Below are positions 47,161 through 56,038 of a stretch of DNA of 64,000 nucleotides, piece after piece. Within the stretch, counting starts at the first letter, position 1. Each line of letters starts with the position of its first letter. Under the pieces are notes generated by a model, which saw nothing but the letters and a program-made list of their open reading frames with translations, searched no databases and was not told where the DNA came from. The stretch spans positions 78 through 64,077 of the forward strand of contig JAFQRK010000040.1 of assembly GCA_017410075.1 (NCBI GenBank). Reading direction: 5' to 3'. A program made the translations under genes and the position numbers. The stretch is from Oscillospiraceae bacterium (GTDB lineage: Bacteria > Bacillota > Clostridia > Oscillospirales > Oscillospiraceae).

Positions 47161-50136
47161 TCATACCAGTGTGCAGTTCCAGATGTCCACATCGGTATCC
47201 TGGAAGATCTCCTTCAGCCGACGGTGGACCGTTTCCCGGCTGACGCCCTTCTTCAGGATCACCTGCAGGAAGCCGCCGCCGCCTGCGCCGCAGACCATCC
47301 TGCCGTCTATCAGATCAGAAACGCTTTCAAATATCTGATTGATCAGCGTGTTGGTGCTGCCGGCATCGATCTTCTGGGACAGCTCCCAATGCTGATTCAG
47401 CAGTTGGGCAAAGGCATCCACATCTCCGCGTTCCAGCTCCGTGCGCATTTTTTCCGCAAGCAGCCGGATCTCCTTCAGCGCATACAGCGAATCCGGCTCA
47501 TTACCGACATACCGGCCTACCACATCCCGCAGCAGGTTCCTCGCCAGCCGCCGCTGACCGGTATAGATCAGGGCCAACCGCTCCGAAAGCGTCTGCCGGG
47601 TCTGGGAAGATATTTGAACCGTCTGTGCCTCTATTTTCTGTACCAAACCAGGTCGGGTAGTGATCAGCTTGATGCCGTTTGTCAGACCGCCCACCTGATC
47701 CTGCCAGCCGCCGCCGGTAGCCATGATCTGCTCCATACACAGCACATGGCTGTACAGCGAGTCCTGGGTATAGGCAATGCCCATAAACTCGAACACCGCC
47801 TTCACGCAGGCGCCGGAAAGGATGCTGCTGGTGCCCAGTCCGCTGCCCTTGGGTACATTGGTCACCTCGGAGTGCATACAGAAGCCGCCGCCCAGACGCT
47901 CCAGGATCTGCTGCAGATCACCGCCGGCCGCGGGAATAATGCCGCAGGCGATCAGCGCCGCTTTTTGCAGGGCAAAGGGATCGTAGGGATCGCCGGTCTT
48001 TTGCAGCGGTGCAATGGTGTCAAACTCCCGATGGGCATCCATATCCCGGCTGTCGAAAACGATCTTCTTTTCCGGGATCTTCTCCAGGGTTACCTCCACC
48101 GGCAGCTGGCCGTCCAGCAAGATCGCCGCATTTAAGACCGTGCCGCCGTTTTCAATGCAGTAAGGGGGCGTGTCGCTCCAGCCGCCGCCGAAATTCACCC
48201 GCAGCGGCAGCTTAACGGTATGCCTGTCCTTCACGATCCTGCACGAATCGTTGTACGCCAGCTTCTCCAGCGAAGCTTCCGTAACTGCCATTTGGACAGT
48301 TTCAAAGAACGCCCGGATATGCTTTGCACCTTCTGCACCGCCCAGGGCAGTGCCGATATAGTAATGCAGCCGCATAGCCTCAGAAAAGTCTGCCTGCTGC
48401 AATCTTTTTTCCAGCCATTGCTGCTGAATTTTGGTCAGCGCGGTGGTATTCAGAACCGTTTTTGCCTCCCGGGCAGGGACTTTTGCCTGGATCAGCTTAG
48501 CCAGCGTATCCATTTTCACCAGCTCCTGCATCCGCTTGTTCCAGGCGATCAGCGCGTCAGGATCGGCATCGTTAAAACCGGAGCAAAGGGACTTTCGGGT
48601 CGCCTGCCGCCAGGCGTTCAGATCGCCCCTACCGTGGCACACTTCATAAAGATTCACCGCCGCCAAAACCGCTTCCTGAATGCTGTCACACACGGGATAC
48701 AGCTTTGCCGTCCACAGCGAGCGGTCCTCTCCGTCCCAAATCTCTGCTTCCCGGACAGCACGCAAAAGGCCGCCAAGGAAACGGGAATTTTCCAACCTGT
48801 CCTTGGGATCATCGCCGGGCGCATAAATGCGCACAACAAACCTTCCGTCCCGCTGCTTCAGACCGTGGAGCACCGTGTCAGAGGGAATATGCGCATCGTG
48901 GATATCCACATACGACAGCAGAACCCGGTCGCCGATCACCGCGTCGCGGTGGACATAGCTGACCTCCAGATAGCAATCCTCACCTACTGTCGCATTCCGG
49001 GAAAGCACGCTGCCGTAGGCAGCCGTATCGCTTTGTATGCTGCTGCTCACCCGGTTTTTCCAACCCAGCAGCGCATACTCGCGGACGCCGCCGCACATCA
49101 GGCGCATAATTTCTCCCGTGGTGCCGAAATGGATAAATTTCGCCGGTGCAAGGCGCAGCAGCTTCATTCTGTAGGGCCGCAGCGCATTCCACACCGCGAT
49201 CCTGGCCTGGCTTAATTCCGGACAGAAGCTGCCCTCCGGTTTTTCCTTCTGAAAATCCTCCAGCGTGGAATCTGCCGCCAAGGGATACAGAAAATCCCCA
49301 TACAGGGACAGCCGCACCGTTTCATTGACCAGTGCAGAGAATTTTTCTTCACAGTAATCGCCGTTTTGGCAAATCAGGCCGTACAGCGCCTGCAGCATAT
49401 CCGCGCTGAAGATCACAGCGCCGGTGTCGATATCCACCTTGCCCCGTTCATTGACCGCGCCCTGGCGGCGCAGCTCCTGCTCCGTCTGCTTGTGGAGGAA
49501 TTTGCGCACATTGCCGTCCTCGCCACGGAGAAATACGCCGTGATTTTTGCCGGTCGCCACATCCTCCTTAAAAGAGATCGCCGCGGCGCCATTGCCGGAA
49601 TAGTTGATCTGCAGGGGATTAAACAGCAGCAGAACATCGCCGGAAAGCAGCAGCATTCCCTCCCGGATCCGCGTAGGAACGGAGGCCATACCGATCAGCA
49701 GCTCATCAAACAGCGTGGACATTCTGCCATCCGGCAGCTCCCGTGGCACGGGAGAAAACAGCTTGCCCAGCGCAGAATACTGGGGTACGCGCTTGGAATC
49801 GCCGCCGCTGTGGATCGTAAGGATCCGCAGGCCGGTAAAATCCGCCTTTCCCGTGTGCTGCGCGATGTAGCGCAAAACACCCAGGGTCGCACCGCCGGAG
49901 CCTACCCGTTTGCCGCCGGCATCGGGCACAACGGCGAAATGGGTGCGTTCAGGCAGGAAACCTGCCGCTTTGCGCTCCTCCAATTGTGCGCGGAAGATGG
50001 CAGCCTGATGCTCGTTGGACGCCGTCAGGATCACATAGTCCCAGCAGGAGAAATATTCACTTGTCAAGCTGCGCTGAAAATCATCCCAGGTGTCCTGGTA
50101 GGACTGGGACAAAAACAGGGAGGTTTGTTCGCTCAT
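47161..50136 (-). CDS. fkp: Bifunctional L-fucokinase / GDP-L-fucose pyrophosphorylase
   Basis: N-terminal VGSGGAT, HSGGDSKR, SGDV, NHGVF, FIHFGT; C-terminal GHMP kinase RVNFGGGWSDTPP, PKGSGLGTSS, GGGWQDQ, GAGGGG. Confidence 0.85.
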   Translation of the reverse strand: MSEQTSLFLSQSYQDTWDDFQRSLTSEYFSCWDYVILTASNEHQAAIFRAQLEERKAAGFLPERTHFAVVPDAGGKRVGSGGATLGVLRYIAQHTGKADFTGLRILTIHSGGDSKRVPQYSALGKLFSPVPRELPDGRMSTLFDELLIGMASVPTRIREGMLLLSGDVLLLFNPLQINYSGNGAAAISFKEDVATGKNHGVFLRGEDGNVRKFLHKQTEQELRRQGAVNERGKVDIDTGAVIFSADMLQALYGLICQNGDYCEEKFSALVNETVRLSLYGDFLYPLAADSTLEDFQKEKPEGSFCPELSQARIAVWNALRPYRMKLLRLAPAKFIHFGTTGEIMRLMCGGVREYALLGWKNRVSSSIQSDTAAYGSVLSRNATVGEDCYLEVSYVHRDAVIGDRVLLSYVDIHDAHIPSDTVLHGLKQRDGRFVVRIYAPGDDPKDRLENSRFLGGLLRAVREAEIWDGEDRSLWTAKLYPVCDSIQEAVLAAVNLYEVCHGRGDLNAWRQATRKSLCSGFNDADPDALIAWNKRMQELVKMDTLAKLIQAKVPAREAKTVLNTTALTKIQQQWLEKRLQQADFSEAMRLHYYIGTALGGAEGAKHIRAFFETVQMAVTEASLEKLAYNDSCRIVKDRHTVKLPLRVNFGGGWSDTPPYCIENGGTVLNAAILLDGQLPVEVTLEKIPEKKIVFDSRDMDAHREFDTIAPLQKTGDPYDPFALQKAALIACGIIPAAGGDLQQILERLGGGFCMHSEVTNVPKGSGLGTSSILSGACVKAVFEFMGIAYTQDSLYSHVLCMEQIMATGGGWQDQVGGLTNGIKLITTRPGLVQKIEAQTVQISSQTRQTLSERLALIYTGQRRLARNLLRDVVGRYVGNEPDSLYALKEIRLLAEKMRTELERGDVDAFAQLLNQHWELSQKIDAGSTNTLINQIFESVSDLIDGRMVCGAGGGGFLQVILKKGVSRETVHRRLKEIFQDTDVDIWNCTLV

Positions 50137-50158
50137 AATTTCTCCTCATGTCGGCTTT

Positions 50159-50896
50159 TTAGCTTAAAATAAGCTTCGCCACTTCCATGGCTATGCTCTC
50201 AAAAATATACAGTGGGCTGTAGCCGTTGTTTCGGTAATTCTTATAGCGGATCCTGATCCGCTTGAAGCACTTTTTCAGGCTCTTTTCGTTGCTGACGCCG
50301 CCGGTTTTGAAATTGGCCAGCACCACATTGCGGATAGCGATCCTCTTCCCTGCCCGACGCATCCGCAGGATCAGGTCAAAGTCGTCATAAATAGCCTCGT
50401 TTTTGTAAAGCCCCACCTGGTCATAGGCTTTTTTTGTGATAAAGGTAGTGGGGTGATTCCAATGCCGACTGGAGGGGAACCGATCCAGACGGGAACGCTT
50501 GACTATAATCTGGCCATTGGAGCGGATCAGATTGATATCGCCGTAAAACACATCGTAAGGATCTTCCTGATAGGCGTTTGCCGCCGTTTCCACAGCGATC
50601 GGCTCGTACCAATCGTCGGAATTGATCATACCAACCAGCGTGCCGGAAGCCATCCGGATACCCTTGTTCATAGCATCGTAGATGCCCTGATCCTTCTCGC
50701 TGATGACGCGGAAGGAATATCCCTTTTCCCGAAATGCCGCCTCATAGGAGCGGGCAATTTCCACCGTATTATCCTTAGAAAGGCCGTCGACAATGGTATA
50801 TTCAATATTGGGATAGGTCTGGTTCAGCACAGACTCGATCGCCTTGCGGATCGTAGCCGCGCTGTTGTAGCAAACCGTAATAATACTGACCAGCAT
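50159..50896 (-). CDS. GT2 glycosyltransferase (WfgS/WcaE-like)
   Basis: SIITVCYN, SEKDQGIYDAMNKG, INSDD. Confidence 0.9.
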   Translation of the reverse strand: MLVSIITVCYNSAATIRKAIESVLNQTYPNIEYTIVDGLSKDNTVEIARSYEAAFREKGYSFRVISEKDQGIYDAMNKGIRMASGTLVGMINSDDWYEPIAVETAANAYQEDPYDVFYGDINLIRSNGQIIVKRSRLDRFPSSRHWNHPTTFITKKAYDQVGLYKNEAIYDDFDLILRMRRAGKRIAIRNVVLANFKTGGVSNEKSLKKCFKRIRIRYKNYRNNGYSPLYIFESIAMEVAKLILS

Positions 50897-50946
50897 AAGT
50901 GCCCTCCCGGCTGTAAAACCCGAAATTTACGCATAAAATCAAGAAT

Positions 50947-50975
50947 ATTATACTCTATCCCCTATGCAAAATCAA
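50947..50975 (-). promoter_or_regulatory. Sigma-A promoter of the GT2-fkp unit
   Basis: Minus strand TTGATT-17 bp-TATAAT. Confidence 0.65.
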
Positions 50976-50983
50976 CCCCAAAC

Positions 50984-51018
50984 AAAAAGGCCCGGTGCGC
51001 ATACCGCACCGGGCCTTT
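50984..51018 (-). terminator. Intrinsic terminator
   Basis: AAAGGCCCGGTGCG/CGCACCGGGCCTTT stem with a T tail on the minus strand. Confidence 0.75.
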
Positions 51019-51031
51019 GCCGTTTTCAATT

Positions 51032-51895
51032 TTATGCGCGGATACCCCAGAGTTCAAAGGTGCTCCCGTCTACCCAGGCTTTTGTATCGCCCGTTTCTGT
51101 ATACAGATCCACATTGGTAACTGGCAGCGCTGCCACGGTGCTCACCGGCGGGATCAAGCGGGAATTTTCGATGCCGGCCTGGGGATTGTAATATCCGTCA
51201 GACATCATACTGGAGGTATATTCCACTCGCTTAAAGCCATTTTCCTCCCGACGGAAGAAAATCTGAAAACTGCGGCAGGCCGTTGAGATCGAGCCAATTG
51301 CACCGTTGGTGATCACGCCGCTGCCGTTAACATTCATATAAAGCGTGGACTTATTTCCGTCTGCAAAGCCTGCATACGCCTTGATCATAAAATCTGTCAG
51401 CGCAAAAGCCTTTCCTCCCTGATCCTGCGAGAAGATCACATGCTTGGGCAGGCTTCCGTCTGCGTCGGGCGCCACCGTAATGGCCGCGATCTTCTCATAG
51501 GTTTTTGCATTTTGATGAAATACGCTCCAGCTATCCCATACATCGTGATCCAGCATTCTCATCGCCGCAGTGCCATCGGTACAGTAGGCCATCTGGTAGG
51601 TAAACGCATTGTTGGCCGCCTGCGTAAAGATCAGTTTGCAGTTTGCCGGCACATTGACCGCGTTGCTTCCGGCGATATATAAGCCGGTCATTACGGCGTT
51701 GTTTGCGTCACCCCCGGGCAAAGCAGCAGCCGATTTCTTGCCCCAGCCATAGCCATCGGGTGCCGCACCGATATTCTCCCGTGCCTGCGCCTTCTGCGAG
51801 TCGGTCAATGTCTGTGCTTCATACAGCAGCTTTCCTGCTGCAGCAGCTTCCTGGATCTGCGTCTTGTCCTCATTGGTCAAAAATGTTACTGCCAT
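51032..51895 (-). CDS. Phage tail-fibre-like protein (knob-like domain)
   Basis: QTLTDSQKAQARENIGA fibre motif, APDGYGWG, DANNA..TGLY...YQMAY...MRM...WDSW. Confidence 0.55.
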   Translation of the reverse strand: MAVTFLTNEDKTQIQEAAAAGKLLYEAQTLTDSQKAQARENIGAAPDGYGWGKKSAAALPGGDANNAVMTGLYIAGSNAVNVPANCKLIFTQAANNAFTYQMAYCTDGTAAMRMLDHDVWDSWSVFHQNAKTYEKIAAITVAPDADGSLPKHVIFSQDQGGKAFALTDFMIKAYAGFADGNKSTLYMNVNGSGVITNGAIGSISTACRSFQIFFRREENGFKRVEYTSSMMSDGYYNPQAGIENSRLIPPVSTVAALPVTNVDLYTETGDTKAWVDGSTFELWGIRA

Positions 51896-51898
51896 ATT

Positions 51899-52651
51899 TT
51901 ACTCCTTTTGCATAATCAGTTTACCGTTGTCTACATAGAGGATGTAGTTTTCACCCGTTTTGCTATCTGCCAAAACAAGCCCGCCTGATTTGAATTTTGA
52001 CATCACAAAATCCATCTCCAGCTGACTTGCCGCACCGATATTGGCTCTTGCCTGGTTTTTCTGCGCGCCGTTCAGAGTCTGGGCTTTGTGCAAAACAGCG
52101 CTTCCGTTTTCGTCCACCAGCTTGGCGGCGTCCAGCGCCAGCACCTGAGTTGTTCTGCCCTGGGTATCTACCGCCCCTACCGTAAGCACCTGGCCCACCT
52201 GCGCTGTAACCGGCCCACGCAGCACATTTGTTACACGGAAATAGTCCTCCGATGCAACCGCCCTGCTGATCCTTCCGTTTTCAAACGGTGCTTTTACCAG
52301 AATCTCGATGGCAAATGTCTGCAGCATCGCTTCTTCCTGATAAAGGCTTGCATACAAGATCACCGTGCCCGCCGTGGTGAGCACCTGCGGTGCCAGCGCC
52401 AGCGTGAGCAGATTGCTGCTTGCCGACCAGGCTGCTGTCCCATCGGGCAATGTATCGTATTCCCCCACCGTTCCATCCGGCTTTTTGTACCGGATCACAA
52501 CTGTAGCATCCGTCGGAACGATCCACAGCGCCTGATTTGCGTATAAATACAGCTCGATCTTTCGGGAGTTGGTGTCTCCCATCGGCAGCTCCAGCCTCTG
52601 CAGGATCTCTCCTTCCCCCAAATTCATTTTTAGTCTGTGCGTAATAATCAC
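51899..52651 (-). CDS. BppU-like (phage baseplate upper / DUF2479) protein
   Basis: GDTNSR, YKKPDGT.GEYD, LAPQVLTTAG.V, then AQVGQVLTVGAVD and QTLNGAQKNQARANIGA. GTG start after AAAGGAG. Confidence 0.65.
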   Translation of the reverse strand: MIITHRLKMNLGEGEILQRLELPMGDTNSRKIELYLYANQALWIVPTDATVVIRYKKPDGTVGEYDTLPDGTAAWSASSNLLTLALAPQVLTTAGTVILYASLYQEEAMLQTFAIEILVKAPFENGRISRAVASEDYFRVTNVLRGPVTAQVGQVLTVGAVDTQGRTTQVLALDAAKLVDENGSAVLHKAQTLNGAQKNQARANIGAASQLEMDFVMSKFKSGGLVLADSKTGENYILYVDNGKLIMQKE

Positions 52652-52713
52652 ATCCGCATCTCCTTTCGTGACGGCATCAATATTGAAAGGGCTTTCCTTT
52701 CACCATTACGCAC

Positions 52714-52757
52714 AATTCCCCGTTTGTTGCATTGTTTTGCGCAACAAACGGGGAATT
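52714..52757. terminator. Perfect 17-bp inverted repeat (terminator or operator)
   Basis: AATTCCCCGTTTGTTGC-10 nt-GCAACAAACGGGGAATT. Confidence 0.6.
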
Positions 52758-52774
52758 TTACACTTTTGCCTGTT

Positions 52775-53869
52775 TTACTGCAGCTGATTGCTGCTGTTAA
52801 GCACCAGCGTACTGTATAAAAACAGCACATCCTGGCCGTGGAAATCAACAAAGCGATCCAGCATCGCGCTGGAAAGATAACGGATATCCACCACCGTCAC
52901 CGTCTTATAGCCCCGGCTCAGCAGCGGCACCAGAGACGATCCAAAGGAATCCCGAAATACGATCAGCTCCCGGTCTGTCTCCGCTGCCGGATTGTCAATG
53001 CGCAGCAGCGATACCGACCCGGACAAAAACACCTCATACAGGTCCTCGCCTTCCAGCTTGTCCCAATCGTAGATGCCGGTGGTCTTGCCGGTTTCATAAT
53101 TGAAAACAGTGCAATTATCTAGCCAGCTGCCCTGCATCGTAATCAGTTCATCCGCCGCCATTGGCAGCGCCGCCTGCCCGTAATAGACGCCGTAAAACGG
53201 CTGTTCCTGCTTTTGAGTCGTCAAGCCTTCCGGTCTTGCGGTTGACATAACGCCGCAAATCCGATTTGCCACCGGCAGCAGATTTTCCTGCCGCCAATGG
53301 GTATCTGTGCGGTAATAATCCCCTGCTGACAGCAGGTCCGTTAGGTTTACATAATTTGCATAGGGCATTCCCTGCTCCACCCTTTGCAGCAGCTTTTCAT
53401 AGTCCATGGTGGGATAGCCCTTGGCCTGGGCAAGGTAATAGCCCTTGTCCGGCACCACCGCGGCATAAACCTTAGATTCTTCCAGATACCGGTCATACAC
53501 CTTTTGAAATACCCGCAGCGCGTGATCCACTGACGCCTCGTTCAGAGGGTAGTCCAGCGCCGCCGCACTGCCGTCAGCGATATAGATGCCGTTGTTGTCC
53601 AGCTGATTCAGCACCCTGTACTGCACCAGCGCCTTCAGCCGGCGAAATCCGTTGCGCAAAGGGAACTGATCCAACGAATAGCTTTCAAAGGCGGGCATAA
53701 ATGTGCCGTCCAGGAGATTCTCCCAGGTCATTTCCGGCAGCGTTGCCAATTGGCGGCGCTCAGTCACAGAAAATTCTGTATGCGGTCGCAGCCAGGCCCA
53801 TCCGGTCAGCCCCAGCCAAAGAGCTGCCACCAAAAGCATGCCGATGACTTTTTGTGCATTCTTCTTCAT
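52775..53869 (-). CDS. DHHW family (AlgJ/AlgX-like) O-acylation protein
   Basis: N-terminal TM anchor, ERRQLA, DQFPLR, YYRTDTHW, RDSFG. Confidence 0.85.
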   Translation of the reverse strand: MKKNAQKVIGMLLVAALWLGLTGWAWLRPHTEFSVTERRQLATLPEMTWENLLDGTFMPAFESYSLDQFPLRNGFRRLKALVQYRVLNQLDNNGIYIADGSAAALDYPLNEASVDHALRVFQKVYDRYLEESKVYAAVVPDKGYYLAQAKGYPTMDYEKLLQRVEQGMPYANYVNLTDLLSAGDYYRTDTHWRQENLLPVANRICGVMSTARPEGLTTQKQEQPFYGVYYGQAALPMAADELITMQGSWLDNCTVFNYETGKTTGIYDWDKLEGEDLYEVFLSGSVSLLRIDNPAAETDRELIVFRDSFGSSLVPLLSRGYKTVTVVDIRYLSSAMLDRFVDFHGQDVLFLYSTLVLNSSNQLQ

Positions 53870-53877
53870 AGCAACTC

Positions 53878-55257
53878 CTAAAATCTAAAATACAAAAAAG
53901 GATTGAACGAGCCGTCCACCAAAAAGGCGGTGCAGATCAGCAGCAGCGCTGCCGCCACCATCGGACACAAAACATTGGCAACTGGCCGCTGTCCCAGCCG
54001 GACAGCAGTATTGCGCACCAAAGGTGTGGCGCCGATCATGCCCACGATAAACAGCACGCCATAGCTTCTCAGACAGTACAGCGCCTCCACCGATACCAGC
54101 GGCACATTTGCAAAGCCAAACAGCCCGGCAATATCCCTGCCCGCCTGGGTCAATGTCTCGGCGTTAAAGATCACGAAGCTGAGCACAACCACCAGCAGCA
54201 CATAGCCGCGCCGCAAAATATCCGGCAATTTCTGCAGCAGCGGCACCCACTTTTCCAGCAGAAGCATCACCGCAAACAGCAGGCCCCACACCACAAAGTT
54301 CCAGCTGGCTCCGTGCCATAAGCCCGTGAGCATCCAAACCGCCAGAATATTGATCACCCAGCGGCCCTTGCTGACCCGGTTGCCGCCCAGGGGGATATAC
54401 ACATAGTCCCGGAACCAGCCGCCCAGCGTCATATGCCAGCGCCGCCAGAATTCCGTAATGCTGCGGGAGGTATAGGGATAGTCAAAGTTCCGGGGAAAAC
54501 GGAAGCCGAAGATCCTGCCAAGACCGATGGCCATATCGCTGTAGCCGGAAAAGTCAAAATAGATGTGCAGCGTAAATGCAATGGCATACAGCCAGAAAAA
54601 CAGCACAGAAAGATCCTGAGATTCCCGGAAGGTCTCCGTCAGCTGGCCAAAGGCATTGGCGATCAGCACCTTCTTTCCCAAGCCTACCAGGAACTGAAAC
54701 AGTCCGTCAGAAAAGTCCTCCGGGCTTGTCCTTCTTTCCGTCAGCTCCTTTTCCACATCCACATAACGCACGATGGGTCCGGCGATCAGCTGGGGAAACA
54801 GCGAAACATAGGTGCCGAAGCTGATGATATTTTTCTGTGCTGCAGTATGCCCCCGGTATACATCAATGACATAGCTGATGCATTGGAATGTATAAAAACT
54901 GATGCCGATGGGCAGCGCAAACCGCAGCAGCGGAATGCCCATTCCCGTGAGCCGGTTCCAGTTGTCCAGGGCAAAATCCGCATACTTGAACACCGCCAGC
55001 ATCGCCACGCCTGTGAACACCGCCGCACCCAGCCACAGCTTTTTGTATGCCTGCGCGCGCTCCACGGCAATGCCGTAGACAAAAAACAGCACAATGGCCG
55101 CTACCATCAAAAACACATAGCGCGGCTCGCCCCAGGCATAAAACAAAAGGCTTGCCAGCAGCAAAAAAGCATTTTTCAGTTTCCACGGCAGCAGAAAATA
55201 CAGGGCCACCACCGCAGGCAAAAAATAGAATAAGAACGGAATGCCGGAAAAGAGCAT
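53878..55257 (-). CDS. MBOAT O-acyltransferase (AlgI/DltB family)
   Basis: LPIGISFYTFQ, FPQLIAGPI, DFSGYSDMAIG, FWRRWH, GLWHGA, NPFLYFRF. Confidence 0.92.
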   Translation of the reverse strand: MLFSGIPFLFYFLPAVVALYFLLPWKLKNAFLLLASLLFYAWGEPRYVFLMVAAIVLFFVYGIAVERAQAYKKLWLGAAVFTGVAMLAVFKYADFALDNWNRLTGMGIPLLRFALPIGISFYTFQCISYVIDVYRGHTAAQKNIISFGTYVSLFPQLIAGPIVRYVDVEKELTERRTSPEDFSDGLFQFLVGLGKKVLIANAFGQLTETFRESQDLSVLFFWLYAIAFTLHIYFDFSGYSDMAIGLGRIFGFRFPRNFDYPYTSRSITEFWRRWHMTLGGWFRDYVYIPLGGNRVSKGRWVINILAVWMLTGLWHGASWNFVVWGLLFAVMLLLEKWVPLLQKLPDILRRGYVLLVVVLSFVIFNAETLTQAGRDIAGLFGFANVPLVSVEALYCLRSYGVLFIVGMIGATPLVRNTAVRLGQRPVANVLCPMVAAALLLICTAFLVDGSFNPFLYFRF

Positions 55258-55324
55258 AAAGTTTCCTCTTTCGTCAAAAATAAAAATCCAGGAGGGCATC
55301 GCCCTCCTGAAAATATACGCGCTG

Positions 55325-55981
55325 TCAGGCGGTTACTGCCTCGTCATAGATAATTGTGGCTCCGGAATACGCATCATTCAGCTTTTGCCGAAAGATATCC
55401 AGGTTTTCCTTGGCAGCAAAGGCCATCACCAGATGTCCCTCCGCTTCTGCCACCAGCATATGATCCGGCTGACCGCAGAGCCATTGGGTCTTCTGGATGT
55501 TGTCCCGCAAAGCCTTTGCCGCATCCTTTACAGCTGTGCCGTCCTTCAGTTTAAATGCCGCAGCGGTAAAAATATTGCTGTTCATCAGGTGTACCAGAGA
55601 AGCGCCGTTTTCCACATTTGCCAACATATCCAGCGGCATCAGATACTTGCTGGTGATCTCCTCGGTATTGCGCAGATCCAGATCGCCGGGCGCATCGTTA
55701 ATCGCATGCTCCACCGTGCCGCCGTAGCTGGCAAACCGCTCATTCTCACCGTAGCCCATCCAAATTTTGTTCAGGATCTGGGCAGAGGAGCTTTCCGCCG
55801 TGCCCATTGGTGCCGGTGCCTGTGTGGGCTCTGTGGTGGGTTGGGTAGGTGCTTGGGTCGCAACGGTGCTTTCCTGGGTGGGCATTGTGGTTTCCGTCGG
55901 CTCTGTGCCGCCCGGAGTACAGCCTGCCATCAAGGAGAGCATCATAATCAATGCCAAAATAACTGCTATGCTTTTTTTCAT
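55325..55981 (-). CDS. Lipoprotein with a Pro/Thr-rich linker
   Basis: Lipobox LMAGC, PT repeats, HLMNSN, WLCGQP. Confidence 0.75.
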   Translation of the reverse strand: MKKSIAVILALIMMLSLMAGCTPGGTEPTETTMPTQESTVATQAPTQPTTEPTQAPAPMGTAESSSAQILNKIWMGYGENERFASYGGTVEHAINDAPGDLDLRNTEEITSKYLMPLDMLANVENGASLVHLMNSNIFTAAAFKLKDGTAVKDAAKALRDNIQKTQWLCGQPDHMLVAEAEGHLVMAFAAKENLDIFRQKLNDAYSGATIIYDEAVTA

Positions 55982-56038
55982 AATTTTCCTCCGCATATTG
56001 TTTGGATTCGCTGATAGGATATCCAAACACGCAGCGAT

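Noticed and set aside
55810-55915. Repetitive DNA in the lipoprotein gene
   Set aside because: An ordinary Pro/Thr/Gln linker, not a repeat array.
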